A DNA stretch of 51,652 bases from Actinomycetota bacterium (GTDB lineage: Bacteria > Actinomycetota > UBA4738 > HRBIN12): positions 1 through 51,652 of the forward strand of contig JBBRTK010000001.1 in assembly GCA_038244455.1 (NCBI GenBank), read 5' to 3'. Under the pieces are notes generated by a model. The model did not search any database and was not told the origin of the DNA. It was given only the letters and a program-made list of their open reading frames with translations. Made by a program: the position numbers and the translations under genes. Numbering within the stretch: the stretch's first letter is position 1; each line of letters starts with the position of its first letter. Below, piece after piece: positions 34,201 to 42,469 of the stretch.

Positions 34201-35091
34201 TTGCCCGACTACACTTGCCCGGTGACGCACGGGACACGCCTTCACCCGATCTCCGCCTTCGGTTCCGCCGGCGCGGTCATGATCATCGGCGGCGCCGAGG
34301 ACAAGCTTCGTGACAAGGTCATCCTGAGCCGGTTCGCGAAGTTCGCCGGTGGCAAGGACGCCCACGTTGTCGTCATCTCCACCGCGAGTTCGCTGGGGGA
34401 CGAGGCGACGGAGGCCTACCGGGCGCTCTTCCAGGGGTTGGGCATCCCGGTCGTGGTCGGGCTTCGGCCCGAGACCCGCGAGGAAGCGGACGCGACCTCC
34501 ATGACCCAGGTGATGTCCGAGGCGACCGGCGTGTTCTTGACCGGGGGGAATCAGTCGCGGCTGACCCAGGTGGTTGCGGGCACCAAGCTGGGCGATGCCA
34601 TCGCGAACGCGCACGACCGCGGCGCGGTCCTGGCGGGAACCAGCGCCGGCGCGTCCGCGCTCGCGAGCCACATGGTGGCGTACGGCGCAACCGGCGCGAC
34701 GCCCAAGAACCGCATGGCCCAGCTGGCGGCGGGCTTCGGCATCATGCCGAACATGATCATCGATCAGCACTTCGAGCAGCGCGGCCGCACGGGGCGCCTG
34801 TTGGCGCTGGTCGCGCAGTCGCCCTCGTTGCTCGGGATCGGCATCGATGAAGACACGTGTGCCGTGATCCACACAGATCAGACCTTGCAGGTCATCGGGC
34901 GAGGCGCCGTCACCATCGTGGACGGCCTTCATCTCAAGACCGACGCCTATCGCGGGAAGGGGCATAAGCCGCTCATGGTCTCCGGCGCCGTGCTGCATTC
35001 CCTGCCCAGCGGCTACTGGTTCGACCTGCGGACGCGCGAGCTGCTGGCGGGCGAACCCGCGAGCGAGCGCCGCCGGGAGGCCTCCGAGTGA
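34201..35091 (+). CDS. cphB: Cyanophycinase (peptidase S51), intracellular CphB-type
   Basis: IIGGAEDK, FLTGGNQSRL, AGTSAGASA (nucleophile Ser), IDQHFEQRGRTGRL, GIGIDEDT. Start uncertain (TTG 34201, GTG 34222 or a later ATG). No signal peptide. Confidence 0.9.
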   Translation: MPDYTCPVTHGTRLHPISAFGSAGAVMIIGGAEDKLRDKVILSRFAKFAGGKDAHVVVISTASSLGDEATEAYRALFQGLGIPVVVGLRPETREEADATSMTQVMSEATGVFLTGGNQSRLTQVVAGTKLGDAIANAHDRGAVLAGTSAGASALASHMVAYGATGATPKNRMAQLAAGFGIMPNMIIDQHFEQRGRTGRLLALVAQSPSLLGIGIDEDTCAVIHTDQTLQVIGRGAVTIVDGLHLKTDAYRGKGHKPLMVSGAVLHSLPSGYWFDLRTRELLAGEPASERRREASE

Positions 35092-37940
35092 CACCGGCCG
35101 AGGGCGCGCGTACCGCTACGCGTCGCGGCCGCCGCACCGCGAAAACCGAACTGCCCGCCCGCAAGCGCCCGCTTCGTCCGGACCTGAAGATCCTGGCCAC
35201 CTACACCTTCCGAGGCCCGAACTACTGGTCCTACGAACCGAGCATCCGCCTCCTGGTGGACCTGGGGAACCTCGAGGACTGGCCCTCTAACACGATCCGG
35301 GGGTTCAACACCAAGCTCCTGAAGGCCCTGCCGGGCGTCGGCGAGCACTCGTGCTCGCTGGGCAAAGTTGGCGGGTTCGCGGCGCGGCTCGCCGACGGAA
35401 CCTGGCTCGGGCACGTGGCGGAGCACGTGGCGCTCGAACTCCAACGCGAGTCCGGCGCCCACATCACGCGAGGCAAGACCCGCGGCGCCGGCACGCCGGG
35501 CCAGTACAACGTGATCTTCGGCTACGCCGAGGAACAGGTCGGTCTGGCAGCCGGCCGTCTCGCGGTTCGTCTGTTGAACCATCTGGTGAAGGCCGAAGAA
35601 GGGTTCGACTTCCCGGCAGAACTCGAGGCGCTGATCCTGCTGGCCGAACGCCGGCAGTTCGGTCCCAGCACGCAGGCCATCATCGACGAGGCGCTCGGTC
35701 GCGACATCCCGTTCATCCGGCTCAACGAGGCGTCCTTGGTCCAACTGGGGCAGGGGAAGTACCAGCAGCGGATCCGCGCGACGATGACCTCGAAGACCTC
35801 GGCCCTGGCGGTCGATATCGCGAGCGACAAGAAGATGACCAACCAACTCCTGGCGGCGGCCGGTCTCCCTGTTCCCAAGAGCCAGGTCATGCGCACAGAG
35901 GACGAGGCGGTGGCGGCGGCTAGGCGTATCGGGTTCCCCGTCGTCGCGAAGCCGCTGGACGGCAACCACGGCCGGGGGGTGGGTCTGGACCTGAGAACCG
36001 ACGGCGCGGTGCGGGCGGCATTCAAGCGGGCGCTCGCGCAATCCCGCGACGGACGGGTCGTCGTTGAGTCGTTCGTCGCGGGCAGCGACTTCCGGGTGCT
36101 GGTGGTCGGCGGCCGCATGGTGGCCATCGCTGAACGCGTTCCGGCGCATGTGGTCGGGGACGGCAAGCACACCGTCGCGGAGCTGGTCGAGAAGACGAAC
36201 CAGGACCCGCGGCGCGGGATCGGCCACGAGAAGGTCCTGACTCGCATCAAGGTCGATGAAACGGCCCTCGAGTTGCTGAAGAAGCAGAAGTTCCCGCTGG
36301 GGTCCGTGCCGCCGAAGGGACAGATGGTGCTCCTGGCAGCGACCGGCAACATGTCCACCGGCGGGATCTCCATCGACCGCACATGGGAGGCCCATGAGGA
36401 CAACGTGGAGATCGCCGAAGAAGCCGCGCGCGTGGTCGGCCTGGACGTGGCCGGGATCGACTTCCTGGCTCCCGACATCACCAAACCCGTCCGTGAGGCG
36501 GGCGGCGCCATCGTCGAGGTCAACGCCGCGCCGGGGTTCCGGATGCACACCCACCCGACCGAGGGCGAGCCGCAGTTCGTGGCCAAGCACGTGGTGGACC
36601 TGCTGTTCCCGCCCGGCACGCCCAGCCGCATCCCCATCATCGCGGTCACCGGATCGAACGGCAAGACGACCACCACGCGGATGATCGCCCACATCTTCCG
36701 GGGCATGGGGCGCGACGTGGGCATGACCACCACGGACGGCATCTACATCGACGAACGCCTGGTTCGCCGGGTGGACGCGTCGGGGCCGAAGTCCGCCCAG
36801 ATGGTGCTGCAGAACCCTCGCGTGGACTTCGCCGTCTTCGAAGTGGCCCGCGGAGGGATCCTTCGCGAGGGGCTCGGGTACGGGCACAACGACGTCGGCG
36901 TCGTGCTGAACGTCACCGGCGATCACCTGGGCCTCAAAGAGATCCACACGCTCGAACAGCTCGCGGCCGTGAAGCGGGTGGTCGTGGAGGCGGTGCCGCG
37001 GAGCGGCGCCGCCGTGCTGAACGCCGACGACCCGCTGGTTATTGCGATGCGCGGGTCGTGCAGCGGCAGCGTGATCCTGTTCTCGATGGTCGAAGGCAAC
37101 GAGGTGGTCGAACGCTGGATCCGCCGCGGGCGCAAGGCCGTGGTGCTGGAGCGAAGCAGCCGCGGCGAGATGATGGTGATCAAGGAAGGCCGCCGCACCA
37201 TGCCCATCGCCTGGGTGCACACGCTCCCGTCCACCTTCGACGGGAAAGCCCGGATGATGGTGCAGAACGCGATGGCCGCCGCCGCCGCGGCCCACGCCGC
37301 CGGTGCCCACCTGCACGACATCCGCCAGGGCCTCCGGACGTTCACCACGTCCATCTACCAGGCGCCCGGGCGCCTCAACGTGTTCGACCTGGATGGGGTG
37401 AAGGTGATCTTGGACTACGCGCACAACGCGGCCGGGCTGGAGGCGCTGGGGGAGTTCGTCGAACGGCTCGTCTCGGATAGCGGCGGCAACTCGCGCCCGG
37501 GGGAGGCCAGCTGGGCGGCCAACCTCCGCGTGGGGGTCATCGCCACCGCGGGCGACCGGCGGGACGAGGACATGCGCGAACTCGGCCGGGTGGCCGCCCG
37601 GTACTTCGACGAGGTCATCGTGCGGGAGGACGTGCGGCCGCGCGGACGCAAGCCCGGCGCCACGGCGACCTTGATCCTTGAGGGCGTTGAGGAAGCGGTG
37701 GCGGCGGGAGGAGCCCGGGCGGGCAGCGTGGAGATCGTGCTGAACGAGATGGAGGCGGCCCGGCTGGCGCTCGATCGCTCCCGGCCCGGGGATCTGGTGG
37801 TGCTCTGCGTCGATCACGCCACGGAGGTGTTCGGCGAACTCGAAGCACGCCGGGGGAGCGCGTCACCGCAGGGCCTGGCCCCGCGTGAGCACGGCTCGGT
37901 CGAAGCCGTAGGCGGGGACCCCGATCTCCTGGACGTCTAA
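35088..37940 (+). CDS. cphA: Cyanophycin synthetase (N domain + ATP-grasp G domain + Mur-ligase M domain)
   Basis: 950 aa. ATP-grasp region (VVAKPLDGNHGRGV...EVNAAPG), Mur-ligase P-loop VTGSNGKTTT at about residue 521, DYAHN, TAGDRRD. The GTG overlaps the cphB stop (GTGA). Confidence 0.95.
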   Translation: MTPAEGARTATRRGRRTAKTELPARKRPLRPDLKILATYTFRGPNYWSYEPSIRLLVDLGNLEDWPSNTIRGFNTKLLKALPGVGEHSCSLGKVGGFAARLADGTWLGHVAEHVALELQRESGAHITRGKTRGAGTPGQYNVIFGYAEEQVGLAAGRLAVRLLNHLVKAEEGFDFPAELEALILLAERRQFGPSTQAIIDEALGRDIPFIRLNEASLVQLGQGKYQQRIRATMTSKTSALAVDIASDKKMTNQLLAAAGLPVPKSQVMRTEDEAVAAARRIGFPVVAKPLDGNHGRGVGLDLRTDGAVRAAFKRALAQSRDGRVVVESFVAGSDFRVLVVGGRMVAIAERVPAHVVGDGKHTVAELVEKTNQDPRRGIGHEKVLTRIKVDETALELLKKQKFPLGSVPPKGQMVLLAATGNMSTGGISIDRTWEAHEDNVEIAEEAARVVGLDVAGIDFLAPDITKPVREAGGAIVEVNAAPGFRMHTHPTEGEPQFVAKHVVDLLFPPGTPSRIPIIAVTGSNGKTTTTRMIAHIFRGMGRDVGMTTTDGIYIDERLVRRVDASGPKSAQMVLQNPRVDFAVFEVARGGILREGLGYGHNDVGVVLNVTGDHLGLKEIHTLEQLAAVKRVVVEAVPRSGAAVLNADDPLVIAMRGSCSGSVILFSMVEGNEVVERWIRRGRKAVVLERSSRGEMMVIKEGRRTMPIAWVHTLPSTFDGKARMMVQNAMAAAAAAHAAGAHLHDIRQGLRTFTTSIYQAPGRLNVFDLDGVKVILDYAHNAAGLEALGEFVERLVSDSGGNSRPGEASWAANLRVGVIATAGDRRDEDMRELGRVAARYFDEVIVREDVRPRGRKPGATATLILEGVEEAVAAGGARAGSVEIVLNEMEAARLALDRSRPGDLVVLCVDHATEVFGELEARRGSASPQGLAPREHGSVEAVGGDPDLLDV

Positions 37941-37949
37941 GCTCGCCGG

Positions 37950-38300
37950 ATGGAGGACCCCACCCTCGATCTCGATACGGTTCGCCGCGAGCTGCTGCGC
38001 GCGCGTGATGCACTCACCGCCGAGATGGGCGCCCTCACGCTGGTGATCCGCGATCCGGATGCCACCATCGGCTTCGGCAAACGGGTTGGCGAGGGGACCA
38101 CGGAAGCCATCACCCGCATCGAGCGCGTCGGTGCGGCGAACGCTCTGCGGTCCAAGCTCGCGGATGTGGAACGCGCCCTGGTGAAGCTGGACGAAGGGAC
38201 GTACGGGATCTGCGACCGCTGCTCACGGATGATCCCGGTGGCGAGGTTGGAGGCCAGGCCCTCGTCGGTGTTGTGCGCGCCGTGCAGCGCGGCCCGCTGA
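37950..38300 (+). CDS. TraR/DksA-family C4 zinc-finger protein
   Basis: CDRCSRMIPVARLEARPSSVLCAPC (CxxC-N17-CxxC) after a coiled-coil-like N-terminus. Starts 10 nt after the cphA stop. Confidence 0.8.
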   Translation: MEDPTLDLDTVRRELLRARDALTAEMGALTLVIRDPDATIGFGKRVGEGTTEAITRIERVGAANALRSKLADVERALVKLDEGTYGICDRCSRMIPVARLEARPSSVLCAPCSAAR

Positions 38301-38342
38301 CCCGGCCGGGCTGGTCCTGGCCTGCGCCGCTAGGATGCGGGC

Positions 38343-39365
38343 ATGCAACTCGGGATGGTCGGCTTGGGGCGGATGGGCGGGAACATCGTGCGGCGGCTCA
38401 TGCGGGACGGACACGAGTGCGCCGCCTTCGACGTGAACCCCGACGCCGTGGCGGTCCTGGAGCTGGAGGGCGCGACCGGCGCCACCTCCATGGAAGGGCT
38501 CGTCCAGGCGCTCGCGGCACCGAGATCCGTCTGGCTCATGCTGCCGGCCGGCACCATCACCGAACAGGCGATCGCGCAGCTCACGCCCCTCCTTGGCCCC
38601 GGCGACGTGATCATCGACGGCGGGAACACCCACTACGTCGATGACCTCCGACGCGCCGAGGCGCTCGCGCCCTCGGGCATCGGCTACGCGGACGTCGGGG
38701 TTTCCGGCGGCGTGTTCGGACTGGAGCGGGGGTTCTGCCTGATGGTGGGGGCCGAGGATGAGGTGTTCGCGCGACTGCAGCCGATCTTCGCTTCGATGGC
38801 GCCGGGCGTGGAGGCGGCAGGTCGCACCCGCAGTCGTGCAGGCGCGCCGACGGCCGCCGAGCAAGGCTACTTGCACTGCGGCCCGGTGGGATCGGGTCAC
38901 TTCGTGAAGATGGTGCACAACGGGATCGAATACGGGCTCATGGCATCGTTCGCGGAAGGCTTGAACATCCTCGCGAACGCCGATGCCGGGGTGCGAGAGC
39001 GGGATGCCGACGCCGAAACCGCGCCGCTGGAACACCCGGAGCGCTACCGGTTCTCGATCGATGTTGCCGAGGTGGCCGAGGTCTGGCGCCGGGGCAGCGT
39101 GGTGCAGTCCTGGCTACTCGACCTCACGGCCGCGGCGCTGGCCGAGTCGCCCAGGCTGGAGGGGCTCGCGGGACGGGTGAGCGATTCCGGAGAAGGGCGC
39201 TGGACCGCCATCGCGGCCGTCGAGGAAGGCGTACCGGCCCCGGTGCTCACCGCCGCACTCGCGTCCCGGTTCTCCTCGCGCGGCAACGGCGAGTTCGCGA
39301 ACAAGGTGTTGTCGGCCATGCGCCGCGAGTTCGGTGGACATGCCGAGAAACAGGCGGGCGCATGA
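38343..39365 (+). CDS. gnd: 6-phosphogluconate dehydrogenase, decarboxylating (short YqeC/Gnd-like form)
   Basis: MQLGMVGLGRMGGNIVRRL Rossmann N-terminus and GHFVKMVHNGIEYGLM. Confidence 0.85.
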   Translation: MQLGMVGLGRMGGNIVRRLMRDGHECAAFDVNPDAVAVLELEGATGATSMEGLVQALAAPRSVWLMLPAGTITEQAIAQLTPLLGPGDVIIDGGNTHYVDDLRRAEALAPSGIGYADVGVSGGVFGLERGFCLMVGAEDEVFARLQPIFASMAPGVEAAGRTRSRAGAPTAAEQGYLHCGPVGSGHFVKMVHNGIEYGLMASFAEGLNILANADAGVRERDADAETAPLEHPERYRFSIDVAEVAEVWRRGSVVQSWLLDLTAAALAESPRLEGLAGRVSDSGEGRWTAIAAVEEGVPAPVLTAALASRFSSRGNGEFANKVLSAMRREFGGHAEKQAGA

Positions 39366-40048
39366 GCCTTGAGATCGAGCTGTTCCCGGACGCGGACGCG
39401 GCGGCGGCGCGCGGGGCGGGCATCATCGCCGCCCGCATCGCCGCGGTCCCGGCGGGTCAACGGTTCGCGATGGCGATCTCCGGCGGCGCCACCCCGTGGA
39501 AGATGTTCGCTGGGCTCGCGGCCCATCCTGAGATCCCGTGGGAGTCCGTGGACATCTGGCAGGTCGACGAACGGATCGCGCCCGCCGGCCACGATGACCG
39601 GTGTCTTACGCACCAGGCCGAAAGCCTGCCGCCGGCCGCGTTCGCGCGGATCCGTCCGATGCCGGTGGACGAGCTGGAGAGCGCCGACGACCGCGCGATG
39701 AACGCCGCTGCGGACGCCTATTCGGCGACCCTGCCGGGGACCTTCGACCTGGTTCACCTGGGGCTGGGCGAGGACGGCCACACGGCCTCGTTGATCCCCG
39801 GCGACCCCGCCATGGACGTTCGCGACCGGAACATCGCCGTCACGAACCCGTACAAGGGGCGCAGGCGGATGACCATCACGTTCCCCGTGCTGGACCACGC
39901 CGTGTTGGCGCTGTGGATCGTCACCGGCGCGGACAAGGCGCGGGTCCTTCGGAAGTTCCGCGACGGAGACTCGATGCTCCCGGCCGCCCACGTGAACGCG
40001 CGCGAGCGCGTGGTCCTTGCCGATGCCGCGGCCGCGACGCGCCTGTAG
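39362..40048 (+). CDS. pgl: 6-phosphogluconolactonase
   Basis: ISGGATP, IWQVDER, LGLGEDGHTASL motifs. The ATG overlaps the gnd stop (ATGA). Confidence 0.85.
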   Translation: MSLEIELFPDADAAAARGAGIIAARIAAVPAGQRFAMAISGGATPWKMFAGLAAHPEIPWESVDIWQVDERIAPAGHDDRCLTHQAESLPPAAFARIRPMPVDELESADDRAMNAAADAYSATLPGTFDLVHLGLGEDGHTASLIPGDPAMDVRDRNIAVTNPYKGRRRMTITFPVLDHAVLALWIVTGADKARVLRKFRDGDSMLPAAHVNARERVVLADAAAATRL

Positions 40049-40759
40049 TCAGGAACGCCCCTGGTGTTCGCCTTCGGTCCGGTAGGAATCCACGACGGCC
40101 CGGACCGCAGCGGCGGGGTCATCGGTCACCGCGAAGAGGCTGATGTCGTCGGCACCGATCTGGCCCTCGGCCAGGAGTGTGTCGTGCACCCAGTCCACCA
40201 TGGGCTGCCAGTGGTCGACGCCGAACAACACAACGGGGAAGTGTTCGATCTTGTGGTTCTGGATCAGGGTGAGCGCCTCGAAGAGTTCGTCGTTCGTGCC
40301 GAACCCCCCGGGCATGGCCACGAACCCCTCTGACGCCTTCACGAAGCACACCTTCCGCGCGTAGAAGTGTTTGAAGGTGTAGGAGATGTCCAGATAGTCG
40401 TTCATCCCCTGCTCGTGGGGCAGGGAGATCCCGAACCCCACCGACAGGCCTCCCGCGCGCTTGGCCCCGCGATTGCCCGCCTCCATGATGCCGGGCCCGC
40501 CGCCTGTCACCACCGCGAATCCTTCCCGCGCGAATCCCTCCGCGACGTCCATCGCGGCCTGGTACCACTTCGAGGTCTCCTTGGTTCGTGCCGATCCGAA
40601 GATGCATACGCCGGGCCGGTCGATCTGGGACACCAGCTCGAACCCCTTGCGGAACTCGTCGCGGATGAACTCGATGTCGCGATCGATCTCGTCTGCCTCG
40701 CGGAACCACAGCCGTCGTTCTATCGGAAGGTCCTGGATCTGCTTCTTGCGTTCGCTCAT
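40049..40759 (-). CDS. LOG-family (TIGR00730) Rossmann-fold nucleotide N-glycosidase-like protein
   Basis: GGGPGIMEA and PGGFGTNDELFEALT LOG signatures. ATG 40759 overlaps the upstream ligase stop (ATGA at 40756-40759). Confidence 0.9.
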   Translation of the reverse strand: MSERKKQIQDLPIERRLWFREADEIDRDIEFIRDEFRKGFELVSQIDRPGVCIFGSARTKETSKWYQAAMDVAEGFAREGFAVVTGGGPGIMEAGNRGAKRAGGLSVGFGISLPHEQGMNDYLDISYTFKHFYARKVCFVKASEGFVAMPGGFGTNDELFEALTLIQNHKIEHFPVVLFGVDHWQPMVDWVHDTLLAEGQIGADDISLFAVTDDPAAAVRAVVDSYRTEGEHQGRS

Positions 40760-42459
40760 GTAGTGGTGTCCTCCTTCACTCGCCGCACCAGGCGGCGAAC
40801 GGTCGCGGGCGTCATCCTGGTGGCGCCCGCAGCCGCCAGCCACGCGAAGATCTCCGCGCGCTTGGCCAGGGCGGTGACGGCCACGACGTCGTGGGGGTGG
40901 GCCGAGGCGAGCATGGACCGGAGCGCTTCGAGTTCGTCGGGGTAGGCGGGAACCTCGGTGACGCCGGCTTGCGCCGCCCCCTCGCGGAGCCGGTCGATGA
41001 TGTCCTGTTCCGTGCGCCCGCGCAGGTAGCGGCGCAGTTCGGCGATCGCCAGATGGTCGCTGCCCAGAGCCGCCTGCAGGGAGAACGCGTGCAGGATGGC
41101 GTCGGTTCGATCACCGGCCGTGCCGATGGCAAGCCACACCTCGTGGCCTCGGCGGCACAGGCCGCGCATGAGCTCGGCCAGCGACAGCATCCCGGCGGTG
41201 TTGTGGGCGTAGTCGACGACGACCACGCGCCCATCAAGCCGGAACAGGTTCGCCCGCCCGGGATTGCGCTCGGGGTCCAGGATGAAGGTCTTGAGCCCCT
41301 TGACGACGGCGCGCGGCGGGATGCCGGCGCCAAGCGCGGCAGCGGCGGCCGCCATGGCGTTCGCGACGTTCACGCGCGAGAGACCGGCCAGCGTCATCGG
41401 GATGTCCTCCACCGCCACCAGCGGATGGAGTTGGTGACCGTCCAGCCAGGTGAGCACGCCGTCGACGACGGTGATCGCTCGCCCGCCCGACGGCAGCACC
41501 TCCCGGAACGCGGGATGGCCGGGATCGGCCGAGAACAGCCAGGGCCGGCCCGCGGCCAGGCGTCGCATCGCCAGGACCCTGGGGTCATCCGCGTTCAGGA
41601 CGTCCCATCCGCCGGGACGGGTGATCCGGGTCGGGATCGCCTTCACCTCGGCAAGCTGATCCAGGGTTTGCACGCCGTGCAGGCCCAGGTGGTCCTCGCT
41701 CACGTTCGTCACCACAGCGACGTCGTTGTGGAGCACACCGCTGCCGCGAAGCAGCAGGCCGCCGCGCGCCGTCTCCAGCACGGCGATGTCGGGCCCGTCG
41801 GCGAGCGCGAGCGCGGTCCCGCCGAACCCGCTGTAGTCGCCGGGCTGCATGAGTTCGCCGTCGCCCCGGTAAACGCCGTCCGTGCACGAGTAGGCGACCC
41901 GAAGCCCCGACGTACGAACCAGATGGGCCAGCAGCCGTACGGTGGTGGTCTTGCCGTTCGTGCCGGTGACCTGGATGACAGGGATGGTGGGGTCTGGGAC
42001 GGAGGGTTCGTCGCCGGGGTCGGCGGCCGCGACGCGAGCGGCCAGTTCGTCGACGAGCCGCGCGGGAGAGCGCTTGAGCGCGGACGCGAGCCCGTCGGCG
42101 ACCGCCCCCGCCAGCGCTTCCGCGGAACCCTTCCGCCGCCACGGGAACGCGATCACGATCTGGTCCGCCGAGCCGTCGAGCCGTCCCCTGACGGCGAGTC
42201 GCTCCGCGCCCGCCGCAAGGCCGATCCGCCGGGTGAACTGCTTGGCGATCCGGGCCGTGGTCCGCCGGCGCGCGTCCGTTCCGGCTTCTCCTGGAATGAT
42301 GCGGTCGAAGCCAAGGCCGACGGCCGTCCGCAGCACCGTTGCGTCGGCGGCGCGCATCCAGCCGGGCACGGCCAGGGTGAGCTTCATCGCAGGCCTGGGG
42401 AAGTACAGGTTGGGACCGTCGAGCACTCGAAGCTCCACGACGGTGACGGGCGGAGACAT
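40756..42459 (-). CDS. Cyanophycin-synthetase-like ligase lacking the ATP-grasp domain (CphA N-domain-like region + Mur-ligase M domain only)
   Basis: It shares these motifs with the cphA product in this window:
- N region: GPN and GLAAG..RLAVR.
- M domain: VTGTNGKTTT, ETARGG, NVSEDHLGL, LNADDP, NAMAAAAAA, DYAHN, GTAGDRTD.

The P-loop is at about residue 165 here and about residue 521 in CphA. Confidence 0.85.
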   Translation of the reverse strand: MSPPVTVVELRVLDGPNLYFPRPAMKLTLAVPGWMRAADATVLRTAVGLGFDRIIPGEAGTDARRRTTARIAKQFTRRIGLAAGAERLAVRGRLDGSADQIVIAFPWRRKGSAEALAGAVADGLASALKRSPARLVDELAARVAAADPGDEPSVPDPTIPVIQVTGTNGKTTTVRLLAHLVRTSGLRVAYSCTDGVYRGDGELMQPGDYSGFGGTALALADGPDIAVLETARGGLLLRGSGVLHNDVAVVTNVSEDHLGLHGVQTLDQLAEVKAIPTRITRPGGWDVLNADDPRVLAMRRLAAGRPWLFSADPGHPAFREVLPSGGRAITVVDGVLTWLDGHQLHPLVAVEDIPMTLAGLSRVNVANAMAAAAAALGAGIPPRAVVKGLKTFILDPERNPGRANLFRLDGRVVVVDYAHNTAGMLSLAELMRGLCRRGHEVWLAIGTAGDRTDAILHAFSLQAALGSDHLAIAELRRYLRGRTEQDIIDRLREGAAQAGVTEVPAYPDELEALRSMLASAHPHDVVAVTALAKRAEIFAWLAAAGATRMTPATVRRLVRRVKEDTTT

Positions 42460-42469
42460 GCGCCGAAGC

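Noticed and set aside
33946-35094. 382-aa minus-strand ORF antisense to cphB
   Set aside because: It is a shadow ORF. The plus strand encodes cyanophycinase with the S51 catalytic motifs.
35013-37817. 934-aa ORF on the minus strand, antisense to cphA
   Set aside because: It is a mirror-frame ORF, typical of high-GC DNA. The product is Arg/Pro/Gly/His-rich with no recognisable motifs, while the sense strand encodes a full cyanophycin synthetase with all signatures.
40756-42459. Interpreting the truncated ligase as a CphA2-type enzyme, MurT, or a pseudogene fragment of cphA
   Set aside because: - CphA2: as I recall it, CphA2 keeps the ATP-grasp domain, which is absent here.
- MurT-like: such proteins lack the CphA-like N region seen here.
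- Pseudogene: the ORF is intact, keeps all Mur-ligase catalytic motifs and overlaps its downstream neighbour's start, which argues against this.
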